Shown piece after piece: positions 47,122 to 56,583 of a stretch of DNA of 64,000 nucleotides (the first letter of the stretch is position 1; each line of letters opens with the position of its first letter). The stretch comes from Candidatus Bathyarchaeota archaeon. Its GTDB lineage: Archaea > Thermoproteota > Bathyarchaeia > 40CM-2-53-6. Position numbers and translations under genes: made by a program. The DNA is taken from assembly GCA_005884195.1 (NCBI GenBank), contig VBBP01000057.1, positions 17,241 to 81,240 on the forward strand. The letters are read 5' to 3'. The notes beneath the pieces were generated by a model. That model made no database searches, was not told the DNA's origin, and saw only the letters and a program-made list of their open reading frames with translations.

Positions 47122-48657
47122 TTGCCAGCCAAGAGGGTTCTGTCTGTACTGCTTGTATTCGTGGCCACTGTGATGTTTCTACCTCAATTTGCTCACTCGT
47201 CGCCAGGACAGACCCACGCGCCTATATTCATAAACGGTAACAATGCCTTCACGGCGGACAACGGCGTCACTGGGGGCAGTGGTACTAGTTCCGACCCCTA
47301 CATCATCGAGAACTGGCTCATAACCACAAGTGGAAGTGGGATAGAAATCGACAATACTAACGTTTTCTTTGTCATAACTAACGTTTCGATACAGGGGATG
47401 GTGCGTCCAGCGACGGCAATCCTATTCTCCAATGTCACCAATGGCGAGTTGACGAATAGCATGATGCAAGGATTCTATGTAGGAGTATCCAGCGCATCAT
47501 CTTCTCAGATAACCTTGTCGGAAGACAGCTACGCAGATGTTTACCAAGCTGTCTCTCTCCAAACTACCACTGACGTACTAATTGAGAAGAACACTCAAGC
47601 GGCCAGCGCTGGTTTCTCCATAACCGCCCTCAACACGTCTAATGTAAGTATCGTCGATAACAGTCTCAATGGTGAGATGTCCCTCGGGCACTCCGCCAGC
47701 TTCTCGATCACAGGAAATCAGATGCACGGGTTCGGGGCGGGCATCCATGTAGACAGCTCCCATGAATTCTCCATCTCGGGAAACCAGATTCAAGGAGCGT
47801 GGGGGCCCCCGGGTAGAAATTGTTGTAGGGCCGTCGCAATCTTCGTCAGCCAGTCAGATGGCTTCGAGATATCTGGCAACAGCATTACGGGATCACCTAA
47901 CGGTATATGGTTCCAGACTGTGATCGATGCAACCGTCCAAAACAACGTCATATCGAACTCTTCTGGTCTAATTGGCTTCGCTGCGCACAATATAGCCGTC
48001 ATTGACAACATTCTCGAAAATAGCTCAATCAGCCTCTTCGGCTCCAATATCTCCATTACAGGAAACAAGCTTCATGGAACACGTGGAATTGATGTCCGGT
48101 CTTCCGACGGCCTGGAGATATCAGGTAATGAGGTATCGGATGGTCCACTCGGAATACGGGTTGCAATCTCCAATGCCCATATGGGATTCGTAATTGAAGG
48201 CAACACAATTCTGCGGAACGGTATAGGCATCCTCGTTCAATCTTCGCAGGGCCTTGATATTCTAAACAACGAGGTCAGCTCGAACGGAATCGGAATCAGC
48301 GTGGACAGTTCATATCCTAACGTCGAATCAGGGAACATCACGATCGCCCAGAATGAGCTTTCTAGCAATGGCAGCGGCGTAGTCTTGAACTCGACCTTTG
48401 GAGTCCTAGCCTATCATAACAACTTCTACGGAAACACTGTCCAGGCTTCCGATTACAATAGCACCGACAATGCTTGGGATAATGGATATCCTATTGGAGG
48501 AAACTTCTGGTCAGACTATACGGCGACTGACACATGTAGTGGGCCGAACCAGGACGTCTGCTCTGGCCCCGATGGCATAGGTGATACGCCTTACGTATTC
48601 AACTACAACCGGGACAACTATCCATTGATGCAGCCCTACTCGAAAGTTAGCGCTTGA
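47122..48657 (+). CDS. secreted right-handed parallel beta-helix repeat protein (NosD-like)
   Basis: Signal peptide MPAKRVLSVLLVFVATVMFLPQFAHS. >10 repeats of ~22 aa with ..I.GN.I.g..GI.v..S (ITGNQMHGFGAGIHVDSS, ISGNQIQGAWG, ISGNSITGSPNGIWF, ITGNKLHGTRGIDVRSS..). Confidence 0.75.
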   Translation: MPAKRVLSVLLVFVATVMFLPQFAHSSPGQTHAPIFINGNNAFTADNGVTGGSGTSSDPYIIENWLITTSGSGIEIDNTNVFFVITNVSIQGMVRPATAILFSNVTNGELTNSMMQGFYVGVSSASSSQITLSEDSYADVYQAVSLQTTTDVLIEKNTQAASAGFSITALNTSNVSIVDNSLNGEMSLGHSASFSITGNQMHGFGAGIHVDSSHEFSISGNQIQGAWGPPGRNCCRAVAIFVSQSDGFEISGNSITGSPNGIWFQTVIDATVQNNVISNSSGLIGFAAHNIAVIDNILENSSISLFGSNISITGNKLHGTRGIDVRSSDGLEISGNEVSDGPLGIRVAISNAHMGFVIEGNTILRNGIGILVQSSQGLDILNNEVSSNGIGISVDSSYPNVESGNITIAQNELSSNGSGVVLNSTFGVLAYHNNFYGNTVQASDYNSTDNAWDNGYPIGGNFWSDYTATDTCSGPNQDVCSGPDGIGDTPYVFNYNRDNYPLMQPYSKVSA

Positions 48658-49024
48658 TGATGCGTCAGTAGGAATCGGACTTCGATTCATCGTAATCCAA
48701 AAATTGACCTTAGCAGAGGTCTTCAGAGTGTCACAACCGACAGACGAGGCTTCCAATTCAGATGTTGTGGCCTTTCTCACTTGTACAAACTGGAGAGCCA
48801 CAACTCAGATTTCGCACGCCGAACTTATGATAGGCTCGAGAATTACGAGAAGTCACAGACCAACCTAGAAGCCCAATAGCAGAGAATTTTGGCGAATCAA
48901 CACCAACCTGTTACTCGTTTTGTGCCACAAAAGTATCAAGTAACGTTAATATTTACTCGTGTGGACATCCCACGTGAATCATGGACAGGCAGCTGAGAGC
49001 GGAGTCAGGCCGTGAGACTTCTGC

Positions 49025-49396
49025 ATGACAAGTGATTCACGAGAAACAAGTGAAAAATTTATGGAAATGTCTGACGAACCTAAGTCTTGGGTAGAAGAAG
49101 CGAGGAACAGGGTCAAGCGTATCTCGGACCTTGATCCTCAGGACCGCCTGGATATTGTATACGGCATCGGGTTGTGCTGTTCGACTCTCGCGAAGAGCAT
49201 GCAGGGATGGATGCAGTGGATCGGAAACCTTTCACTGAAAGATTTTGAGCGACCCGAGCTAGAGGAAATTTTCGGCATCATAAAAAAGGCGACCGTTCAG
49301 CTCATGGAACTGGACATTGATAAGACCGAAAAGTACGAGCAGTCGCACGGGTTACGCCAGAAAGCGCCCGACCGGCAAAATAGGCTGGTCAGCTAG
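49025..49396 (+). CDS. hypothetical protein
   Basis: 123-aa ORF, no family recognised. Possible internal start MEMSDEP. Confidence 0.35.
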   Translation: MTSDSRETSEKFMEMSDEPKSWVEEARNRVKRISDLDPQDRLDIVYGIGLCCSTLAKSMQGWMQWIGNLSLKDFERPELEEIFGIIKKATVQLMELDIDKTEKYEQSHGLRQKAPDRQNRLVS

Positions 49397-49436
49397 ACAA
49401 GAATTAACAAGGCAGAACACGATCGCACCACTCAAG

Positions 49437-49757
49437 GTGCGGGCTTTGACGAAAAGACGAATTGTATCTATCGCTGAGTTCAGTATTCATCCCATCGGGA
49501 CCGGGACGAGCGTTGGCCCATACGTTAAGCGGGCGCTACAGGCTATTTCCAAAATCGAAGGGTTGGAGTATCAAGTCACTCCCATGGCGACGATCCTGGA
49601 AGCTCAAGATGTTAGTACTATCCTTAAGGCTGTTGAGGCGTCGCACGAAGCGGTTCGGTCGATGGGTGCAAAGAGAATCTCCTCGACTCTTAGAATCGAC
49701 GAGCGCTTGGATAAGCTAAGAACTATGAATGATAAGACGGAAAGCGTCAGCGAATGA
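49437..49757 (+). CDS. MTH1187/YkoF-family (DUF77) protein
   Basis: ..SIAEFSIHPIGTGTSVGPYVKRALQAI..GLEYQVTPMATILEAQDVSTILKAVEASHEAV..GAKRISSTLRIDER. GTG 49437 or TTG 49446 start; track ORF starts far upstream at 49317. Confidence 0.55.
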   Translation: MRALTKRRIVSIAEFSIHPIGTGTSVGPYVKRALQAISKIEGLEYQVTPMATILEAQDVSTILKAVEASHEAVRSMGAKRISSTLRIDERLDKLRTMNDKTESVSE

Positions 49758-49781
49758 GAACATCTCGCTGATATCCGGTTT

Positions 49782-49995
49782 CTACTCTAGCCGTTTGAAC
49801 ATGCTCTGCATGAAGTGTATCGGGATCGGTTGTCCGCTTCTGCTGGTTTCGTAGTAGGTTTTGCACATGTCGCATTGCCATACCTCCATGTCCCGGATCT
49901 GAGCTGGAGCGCCAGCCTCGAAGTCTTCTTGCACGATGTACCGCCCGACGAAGTCGAGTTGCAGGTCGCATTTTGGACATTTCAAGAGTTGATGC
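49782..49995 (-). CDS. possible small 4-Cys zinc-ribbon protein (start unclear)
   Basis: ..LKCPKCDLQL..(26 aa)..WQCDMCKTYYE.. downstream of trxB in another frame. Track ORF overlaps trxB by >100 nt. Confidence 0.2.
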
Positions 49996-50928
49996 TCAGT
50001 TCTTGTAATGCTCGCCGATGAACCTGTCAGCGTCCATCGCTGCTTTGCAACCGTCCGATGCTGCTGTGATCGCCTGCCTATACCGGAAGTCTCGCACGTC
50101 TCCTGCCGCAAATACTCCTGGCACGTTCGTCTCGGTTTCCTTGTGTGTGACGATGTAGCCTTTGGCGTCGAGATCTATTTGTCCTTTAAAGATCGAAGTG
50201 TTTGGTTCGTAGCCGATCGCCACGAACACCCCGTCTGTCTTGAGAAGTTGTTCCTTTCCAGTCTTGAGGTTCTTGCTCCTGACCCCCGTAACGTTGCTAT
50301 CTCCTAGAACTTCTTTCACGACCGAATCCCAGACGAAGCTTATCTTCGGGTTCTTTAGGGAACGTTCCTGCATTATTTGACTGGCTCGTAACTTGTCCCT
50401 ACGGTGGACAACGGTGACTTTCTTTGTGATATTCGCAAGAAACGTCGCTTCTTCCATAGCCGTATCTCCGCCACCTACCACGACCACATCTTTTTCTTTG
50501 AAGAAGTAGCCATCGCATGTCGCGCAACTGGAGACTCCGTGTCCCCTGAACTTGGTTTCCGAGGGGATTCCGAGCCACTTTGCGTTTGCACCAGTGCTTA
50601 TGATCACCGTCTTTCCTTCATACGTGGTCTTACCGACGGCCACCTTGAATGGTCTGGACTTAAAATCAACATTTGAAGCATCGTCGTAGATGATTTCTGG
50701 ACCGAATCTTTCAGCTTGTTTCCTCATTTGTTCCATCAGTTCGGGTCCAACTATCGATTCAGGAAACCCGGGGAAGTTTTCTACATCAGATGTGAGCATC
50801 AACTGGCCTCCGGGGATCGAGCCCGCGATGAGCAGGGTTTTTCTTCCCGCTCGGCATGAGTAGATCGCAGCCGTGTAGCCCGCTGATCCTGACCCGATGA
50901 TCATCACGTCGTACATCGTATATCTCAA
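49996..50928 (-). CDS. trxB: thioredoxin reductase
   Basis: VMIIGSGSAGYTAAIY FAD motif, redox-active CATC, VVGGGDTAMEEA NADPH motif. Confidence 0.85.
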   Translation of the reverse strand: MRYTMYDVMIIGSGSAGYTAAIYSCRAGRKTLLIAGSIPGGQLMLTSDVENFPGFPESIVGPELMEQMRKQAERFGPEIIYDDASNVDFKSRPFKVAVGKTTYEGKTVIISTGANAKWLGIPSETKFRGHGVSSCATCDGYFFKEKDVVVVGGGDTAMEEATFLANITKKVTVVHRRDKLRASQIMQERSLKNPKISFVWDSVVKEVLGDSNVTGVRSKNLKTGKEQLLKTDGVFVAIGYEPNTSIFKGQIDLDAKGYIVTHKETETNVPGVFAAGDVRDFRYRQAITAASDGCKAAMDADRFIGEHYKN

Positions 50929-51024
50929 AGATCGCTTATCCAGTGATTTATGGGTATTCTCGAACCACCCTTTTCTGGAAGGCTTATTTATCGAAGAGTC
51001 AAGACTCTAAAATTGTGAGGCTGA

Positions 51025-51678
51025 TTGTTCGAGTATCATGGGGTCAAGATCAGTTGGCTCGGGCACGACTCGTTCAGAATTAGTAACGGTAAGACGATAA
51101 TCATAGACCCGTTTAAGATCCGGGCTATTCCAGACAAGGCGGACATTCTTCTGGTCAGTCACGAGCATTTCGACCACCTTTCACTCGACGACATCAAGAA
51201 GGTTTCTTCGGATAAGACGACCATTGTGACGATTCTCGCCGTTAAGAAAGAGCTTTCAAGCATGAAAGTAAAGGAGGTCAAAGCCGTAAAGCCTGGCGAC
51301 AAAGTAGCATTTGGGGATATTACCATCGAAGTGGTTCCCGCCTACAACTTGAACAAGTTCCGTGAACCCGGGAAACCATTTCATCCCAAGGAGGATGGAA
51401 AAGTTGGCTTCATCTTATCGATCAACGGAGTTCGAGTCTACCACGCTGGCGATACAGATCCGATTCCTGAGATGAAAAGCTTCAAGACCGACGTCGCCCT
51501 TCTACCCGTCAGCGGGACGTACGTAATGACACCGGAAGAAGCTGCTGAAGCTACAAGAATGATCAAACCCAAACTCGCGATACCAATGCACTATGGAGCC
51601 ATCGTTGGCTCCGAAAACGACGCTGAGAAATTCAAGCAGCTAGCCGCCTGTCCGGTGCAGATTCTCAAACCCGAGTAG
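51025..51678 (+). CDS. metallo-beta-lactamase-fold hydrolase (UPF0173-like)
   Basis: VSHEHFDHL (HxHxDH) plus downstream H/D ligands. 217 aa. Ends at TAG 51676-51678. Confidence 0.7.
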   Translation: MFEYHGVKISWLGHDSFRISNGKTIIIDPFKIRAIPDKADILLVSHEHFDHLSLDDIKKVSSDKTTIVTILAVKKELSSMKVKEVKAVKPGDKVAFGDITIEVVPAYNLNKFREPGKPFHPKEDGKVGFILSINGVRVYHAGDTDPIPEMKSFKTDVALLPVSGTYVMTPEEAAEATRMIKPKLAIPMHYGAIVGSENDAEKFKQLAACPVQILKPE

Positions 51679-51870
51679 AACGTAGGAAAACTGAGGTCTC
51701 TGAAAGCCACTGTCAGTTGGAGCTGGCTGAGACAGCACCTATCATCAAAGAACATCGTCGTCCTCGATGCCCGTTCGAGGACCGCATATTCTAGAGCCCA
51801 TATTCCCGGAGCAAGGAATGCCGATCTCTTCCACTACTTCGTTCCGGGAACAGATAGCAAGAGTCTGATT

Positions 51871-52515
51871 GTGTTTCATCGAGACCTCGAATCGAAGCTT
51901 GGACGACTTGGCTTAAGAGGCGATGAAAGAACAATCGTATACGAGTCCCGGTTCGGGATGAGGGCTGCGCGAGTCGCTTGGTTGCTTGAGTACGCTGGAA
52001 TGAGAACTCCGCTGCTGCTTGAAGGTGGCTTTAGAGCCTGGAAAGATTCCAAGTATCCCGTTGAAAAGCGAGGAAGAGTCACGGTCCCCACAATTTTCAA
52101 GGCTCATCCTAACCCTGCCGTTCTGGCGACAGCCAGCTATGTTCGTTCTCTATCCACCTCGCCGACTGGGTTCGTTTTGGACGTGAGAAGCAAGGGAGAA
52201 TACGATGGATCAGAGAATCGGGAGTGCTGCCCGCGTTCGGGAAGGATCCCTGGAGCGGTCTGGTTTGAATGGACCAATTTTCTCAGCGGAAAAGGAGGAT
52301 TCCAGAGTCGCCAATCAATCAGCAAACAACTTGGGTCGATGGGCGTACGGCCCATCTCTGATATAGCCGTTTATTGTCACCGTGGGGCTCGTGCAGCAGC
52401 TGCTTTCTATGCGCTAAGATCAATGGGGTATCAAGCTAGAAACTACGTCGGATCCTGGCACGAATGGTCATCAAAGAAGAATCTTCCCACAGAACGCGGT
52501 CAAGCAAAGTCCTAG
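51871..52515 (+). CDS. tandem rhodanese sulfurtransferase. Homology begins ~51709, in frame with the upstream MBL gene across a single TAG
   Basis: Active-site CHRGARAAAA, ..SWHEWS. In-frame upstream codons 51679-51870 encode VSWSWLRQHLSSKNIVVLDARSRTAYSRAHIPGARN (rhodanese domain-1 N-terminus) with no ATG/GTG/TTG. Confidence 0.6.
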   Translation: MFHRDLESKLGRLGLRGDERTIVYESRFGMRAARVAWLLEYAGMRTPLLLEGGFRAWKDSKYPVEKRGRVTVPTIFKAHPNPAVLATASYVRSLSTSPTGFVLDVRSKGEYDGSENRECCPRSGRIPGAVWFEWTNFLSGKGGFQSRQSISKQLGSMGVRPISDIAVYCHRGARAAAAFYALRSMGYQARNYVGSWHEWSSKKNLPTERGQAKS

Positions 52516-53741
52516 TCAGCGATGGTCTTGTCCATCGGCTTTTGAAACCGCCATGCGTCAGGATCCTCGTGAATCTGAGTCACCCATCCTAATGCTATTT
52601 TCTCAGGCAGCATCAATACGACTTTCCCAACATGCTTGCACAGCTGCCGCGTCTCGATCGACCTTTCCCAATCTCCACAATCATGGATAATTGTTTTCGG
52701 GCCAGATTCCATGGTCAAATTGTAGTCGCGAATCTTTGCGACAATTTTCTCAGGACTAGCTGTTTTGACGCTCACGTCATCATCCGGGATGGCCAAGGCC
52801 CGAGCGAGTCTCGATTCTCCCATCAAAGCGCTTAGGAGGTCGATGATTTTTGGCCGGTCGTCGCCGCCTCTGGTCCATTCTCCCAGGCCTTCGGGCCCTT
52901 TGCCTTTTTCCAAGTGGGCTTTGGCTCTGTTGAGGGCTTCACGTTGAGCTGGGGTGAGTTTTCCCAGCATCTGGAGGATCTTGAGTGCGTTCTCTACGGC
53001 GTAGCCATGGAAGTGGTTGTTGAAGTAGCCATATGTGGTTTTGACAGAATGGTCTATCTCTTTGACCTGCGGGATCCACGAATCTAGTTCCTTTTCCGTG
53101 TAGTGGTAGTCGTACCAGGGGCGTTGTCCGTGTCCGTGCCAACGGATGTATGCAAAATCGGCCGTTACATGTAGTTCAGGTGGAAGTAGAGGCTCGTCGA
53201 CGATCGTGTAGGCAACATTGTACTTGGAGAGCATAGGCCAGGTGGAATTTTGCAGCCAAGATTTGTGCCGGAACTCAATTGCATACTTGAAACCGTGTGG
53301 TAGGATTGAGAGAAGTCCTTCCAGGTGGCCGAGGTCGTATCTGTACTTTGGCGGCATTTGCAGAAGTAGACACCCGAGTTTTCCGCTATTATTTAGTGGG
53401 AGCATCAGCTCCGCAAAACGGTCCAATTCACTCTCTAGGGAAGGACCGATCTCAGCGAGCTTGTCGTGAGTAATTGTCTGGGGGACTTTTGCGCAGAAGA
53501 GGAAGTCCTTGGGAGAGAATCTATTCCAGCCCAGCACCGTTCCCGGTTGGGGGAACGCGTAGAATGTGGAGTCGATCTCGGCCGTAGGAAAAACTTGGGT
53601 GTAATGTTTCAGCTTGCTCTCTGTGGAGGTGGGATAGAAGACTCCTACCCATTCTGGGTAAGACCACCCGGAGGTGCCCAGGAGAAATCGCCCCGTGTTC
53701 GCCGACCTCTTCCCTAAATCTGAGTTTGCAAACCGTCTCAA
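52512..53741 (-). CDS. DUF72 (UPF0759) family protein with ~140-aa C-terminal extension
   Basis: LLGTSGWSYPEWVGVFYP.. DUF72 N-terminal signature. 409 aa. Confidence 0.7.
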   Translation of the reverse strand: MRRFANSDLGKRSANTGRFLLGTSGWSYPEWVGVFYPTSTESKLKHYTQVFPTAEIDSTFYAFPQPGTVLGWNRFSPKDFLFCAKVPQTITHDKLAEIGPSLESELDRFAELMLPLNNSGKLGCLLLQMPPKYRYDLGHLEGLLSILPHGFKYAIEFRHKSWLQNSTWPMLSKYNVAYTIVDEPLLPPELHVTADFAYIRWHGHGQRPWYDYHYTEKELDSWIPQVKEIDHSVKTTYGYFNNHFHGYAVENALKILQMLGKLTPAQREALNRAKAHLEKGKGPEGLGEWTRGGDDRPKIIDLLSALMGESRLARALAIPDDDVSVKTASPEKIVAKIRDYNLTMESGPKTIIHDCGDWERSIETRQLCKHVGKVVLMLPEKIALGWVTQIHEDPDAWRFQKPMDKTIAD

Positions 53742-54163
53742 GAAGGTATGCCCAGCTCTATTACATCAGCGTCATGGTCCCGGGACTCGACATTGTGCCA
53801 ATGATCCAGAAACATATCGAACAGAACCCTCAGAAGAGGGCTTCAGAGTACAGCTATGGTCCACTCGCTTTTACAAGCGAAGAGCCACAAACGGGAAAAT
53901 AGCCTAAGGCAATAGATCATCGTAGGGAACAATCCCTACGATCCCTCCTTTTTCAAGAAACGCCTCTCGGAAACCTGCGACTAGACTCATTTTATCACCG
54001 TTTACACGAACTGTGAAAGAACATACTGGCTACGCATCGGACGCGACGATGCGTTCACCGCCAATGACACTTTGCACCGTTCCAAAGGGCTCGCAACGAT
54101 TAGGGACTGCCCTTATCAGAGAGAGTAAAAGGGAACGAACGAGCGCCTAAGGATATAGGCTTC

Positions 54164-54493
54164 TTGCTAGCTTATTCAGGGGGAAGAATGAAGCAGATCC
54201 AGAGTGTCACGGTTCGAACTGATGACGAGGAAGAGATTAGGGCAATGCACTTTCTCATTCAACGCTGGGTAATGAACGGTTGGAGTGTCAAGAACATCTC
54301 TCAGTTCTCACGTTCTGAGAGTTATTTTGGAGGTCTTAGTATGCAGATTTCAAGCTACTCGACGATCATTTTCGAGAAAGATGACTCGCCGTTTTGCCCA
54401 ATTTGCAACATCAGTGTTAACGATATGAACCTACATAGGTCGTGGCACTTGAAGAAGGAAAAGGAACAGCGGGCGGCTCCTAGCGTCGCCTGA
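54164..54493 (+). CDS. hypothetical protein with C-terminal CPIC..H..H zinc-finger-like motif
   Basis: ..SPFCPICNISVNDMNLHRSWH.. Weak support. Confidence 0.3.
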   Translation: MLAYSGGRMKQIQSVTVRTDDEEEIRAMHFLIQRWVMNGWSVKNISQFSRSESYFGGLSMQISSYSTIIFEKDDSPFCPICNISVNDMNLHRSWHLKKEKEQRAAPSVA

Positions 54494-54668
54494 TCCGCAG
54501 ACAACCAACACAAACCACGGGTTTTCCTAAGGCACTTTTCCGAAGCCAACAGCAACACCCGAAGGCATACTATGCCTATCTCGGCGGCAATCCCACGAGA
54601 TGAATACCAAATAAGCTTGTCCAACTTCGACATTATGCTAAAGAGCGGGATTAGAGTCAACGAGTACG

Positions 54669-55415
54669 ATGAAATTCACGCTGCTAAGAAAATCCGTACC
54701 TGCTTGGCTAATCTTGGTCGCCATCATAGGTACAGCAGCTTCAATATCAGTTTATGTCGCAACGAATCTGAAAACAACCGCCTCACAACCTGACTTCAGC
54801 CTTACCGCCAACCCAAACCGCGAGACTTTACTGAACGGGTCGCGCGGATACTGGAGTACAATCACGGTCGGCGCAGCGAACAACTTTACAGGCATAGTCT
54901 CTATGGCGGTATCCTTCCCGAACGGAGTAAACGTACGTCTTCTCAAGGTGGACGGCAGCAATCAGATTGACGTAAGTCAAGTTCTGCTGGGCCGAGACCA
55001 AAGCCTGAATCTGACCATCTCCGCTGCCAACGCAGGAAACTATTCCTTGGTCGTCACCGGGACCAGCGGCAGACTATCTCACTCGGTCACCGTGAACATT
55101 ATCGCGCGAGGATTGGCCCTCAGTACAAACCCAAGCCCGATCAAAATCTCGCCTGCTTCCTCCAGTACCGTGTCAGTGACATTGACCTCCTTGAACGGGC
55201 TTGCGGGCAACTTCACAACGTCCTTTCACCAGAACAGCGGTTTCTACTGGGGCGCTTCAGGAATCCCAACTAGTATCTTGATACGACCAGGCGGAACCAC
55301 TACCTTCACGATCACGATAACCACGCAGCCTCAGTTCGGGGGCGGACGCTCAACTCTCGACTTCGACACGCCGTTGGGCAGTACAGGATTTCAGTTGTAC
55401 GTATTCGCTCCCTAG
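54669..55415 (+). CDS. cell-surface protein (N-terminal signal/anchor, S/T-rich beta-sandwich repeats)
   Basis: MKFTLLRKSVPAWLILVAIIGTAASISVYVA, then N-x-S/T-rich repeats (SLNLTISAANAGNYSLVVTGTSG..). Confidence 0.5.
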   Translation: MKFTLLRKSVPAWLILVAIIGTAASISVYVATNLKTTASQPDFSLTANPNRETLLNGSRGYWSTITVGAANNFTGIVSMAVSFPNGVNVRLLKVDGSNQIDVSQVLLGRDQSLNLTISAANAGNYSLVVTGTSGRLSHSVTVNIIARGLALSTNPSPIKISPASSSTVSVTLTSLNGLAGNFTTSFHQNSGFYWGASGIPTSILIRPGGTTTFTITITTQPQFGGGRSTLDFDTPLGSTGFQLYVFAP

Positions 55416-55451
55416 ACCCCATTCATGCGCCTCGCTGTCGCTCTGGTTGAA

Positions 55452-55931
55452 CTAGACGAAAGTGGAACACCCAGGAGACCTGGCATTGTTCCCTAGCCAT
55501 TGTGCCTCACGCCTTGAATAGTCAACACCCTCAAATCGCCACCTAACGATAACACAGCGGGGATAGAGGGAGCGAAGTGGATCAGTAGGAACAGTGACGC
55601 GGACCTTCGACAGGTCCGGCAAGGACGAGTTTGAATTACCACTATTCCTAATCAAGTCGACGCCCGGCCAGCTCCGACTCTTAGACCAGACCCGACGGCC
55701 AAAATCACGCGAAAGGGCCATGCCTAATTCACCCTTCAGGGAGTCAGCTGAACGAACAAGATACTTGGCGAGATACCACAAGTCACCCTTCAACGACTGA
55801 ACGAGCTTAACATCAACGTGACCGGAAGCCCAGTTCTCGGCAATATCATACTTCTCACTAACGCGCCAGGAGAGCCTACCATCACGATCAACATGACGAA
55901 AACCAGCAAACGTATGATTCAAGAATTCCAC
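55452..55931 (-). CDS. hypothetical protein with HUH-like (HVDVKLV) and YxxKY-like (WYLAKYLV) motifs
   Basis: Together with 56013..56423 (..LMITYTLDRS..) it may be a split rolling-circle Rep/HUH endonuclease remnant. Weak. Confidence 0.3.
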   Translation of the reverse strand: MEFLNHTFAGFRHVDRDGRLSWRVSEKYDIAENWASGHVDVKLVQSLKGDLWYLAKYLVRSADSLKGELGMALSRDFGRRVWSKSRSWPGVDLIRNSGNSNSSLPDLSKVRVTVPTDPLRSLYPRCVIVRWRFEGVDYSRREAQWLGNNARSPGCSTFV

Positions 55932-56012
55932 GATGAAATGAAGATGAGCATTGCCATCAGATTGAGCCTGAAGGACAGAGACATATCGAAGCCGACCAAA
56001 ACGCTTCCGGGG

Positions 56013-56423
56013 TCATGAAAGATGCCGGTTCGACACTTTCCGAATTTTCCTCCAACCCTCCTCTAACGAGAAAAGAGAGCGGTCAAGAGTATACGTTATC
56101 ATCAACCAAGAACCTCGAACACGACGCTTCCAGAAGGGCAAAAAACGAACAGGGACACTCACAGACCGAAGCCAACGAGAAATCCGACGATTCAACGCCT
56201 GAGAATACACATCATTTCCACGCTTAGAGCCCTGCACAACAATACGCTCACGAGTAACGCCTTCCGGGAGCACCTTAACAGCGCCCGGACCAGGACGATC
56301 CCAATGAGCAACCGGATTCACCCCCACCGGAGCAGTAAGCTTCTCAAAACTCAGAAGGGCCGGGTCATCGCCCCAGCTACGATACTCCTCCAAACGTGAG
56401 GCAAGATAAGCATCAAGAGACAA
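56013..56423 (-). CDS. hypothetical protein (possible N-terminal part of split Rep-like gene)
   Basis: Different frame from 55452..55931, ~80-nt gap. Contains ITYTLD (RCR motif-I-like). Confidence 0.3.
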   Translation of the reverse strand: MSLDAYLASRLEEYRSWGDDPALLSFEKLTAPVGVNPVAHWDRPGPGAVKVLPEGVTRERIVVQGSKRGNDVYSQALNRRISRWLRSVSVPVRFLPFWKRRVRGSWLMITYTLDRSLFSLEEGWRKIRKVSNRHLS

Positions 56424-56583
56424 CCATCAGGCGGAAGATGCAAAGATACCGGGGAGGACAGATTCCTCCGAGTGAGAAACGAAGCAAACCGCTTCCCTCC
56501 AGGCTCCGACACATTCAGAGCCCTCACCGATTCTTACTCACAGCGCCGTTTATGTGTCAAACAAATCAATAAGGCATGAAGGT

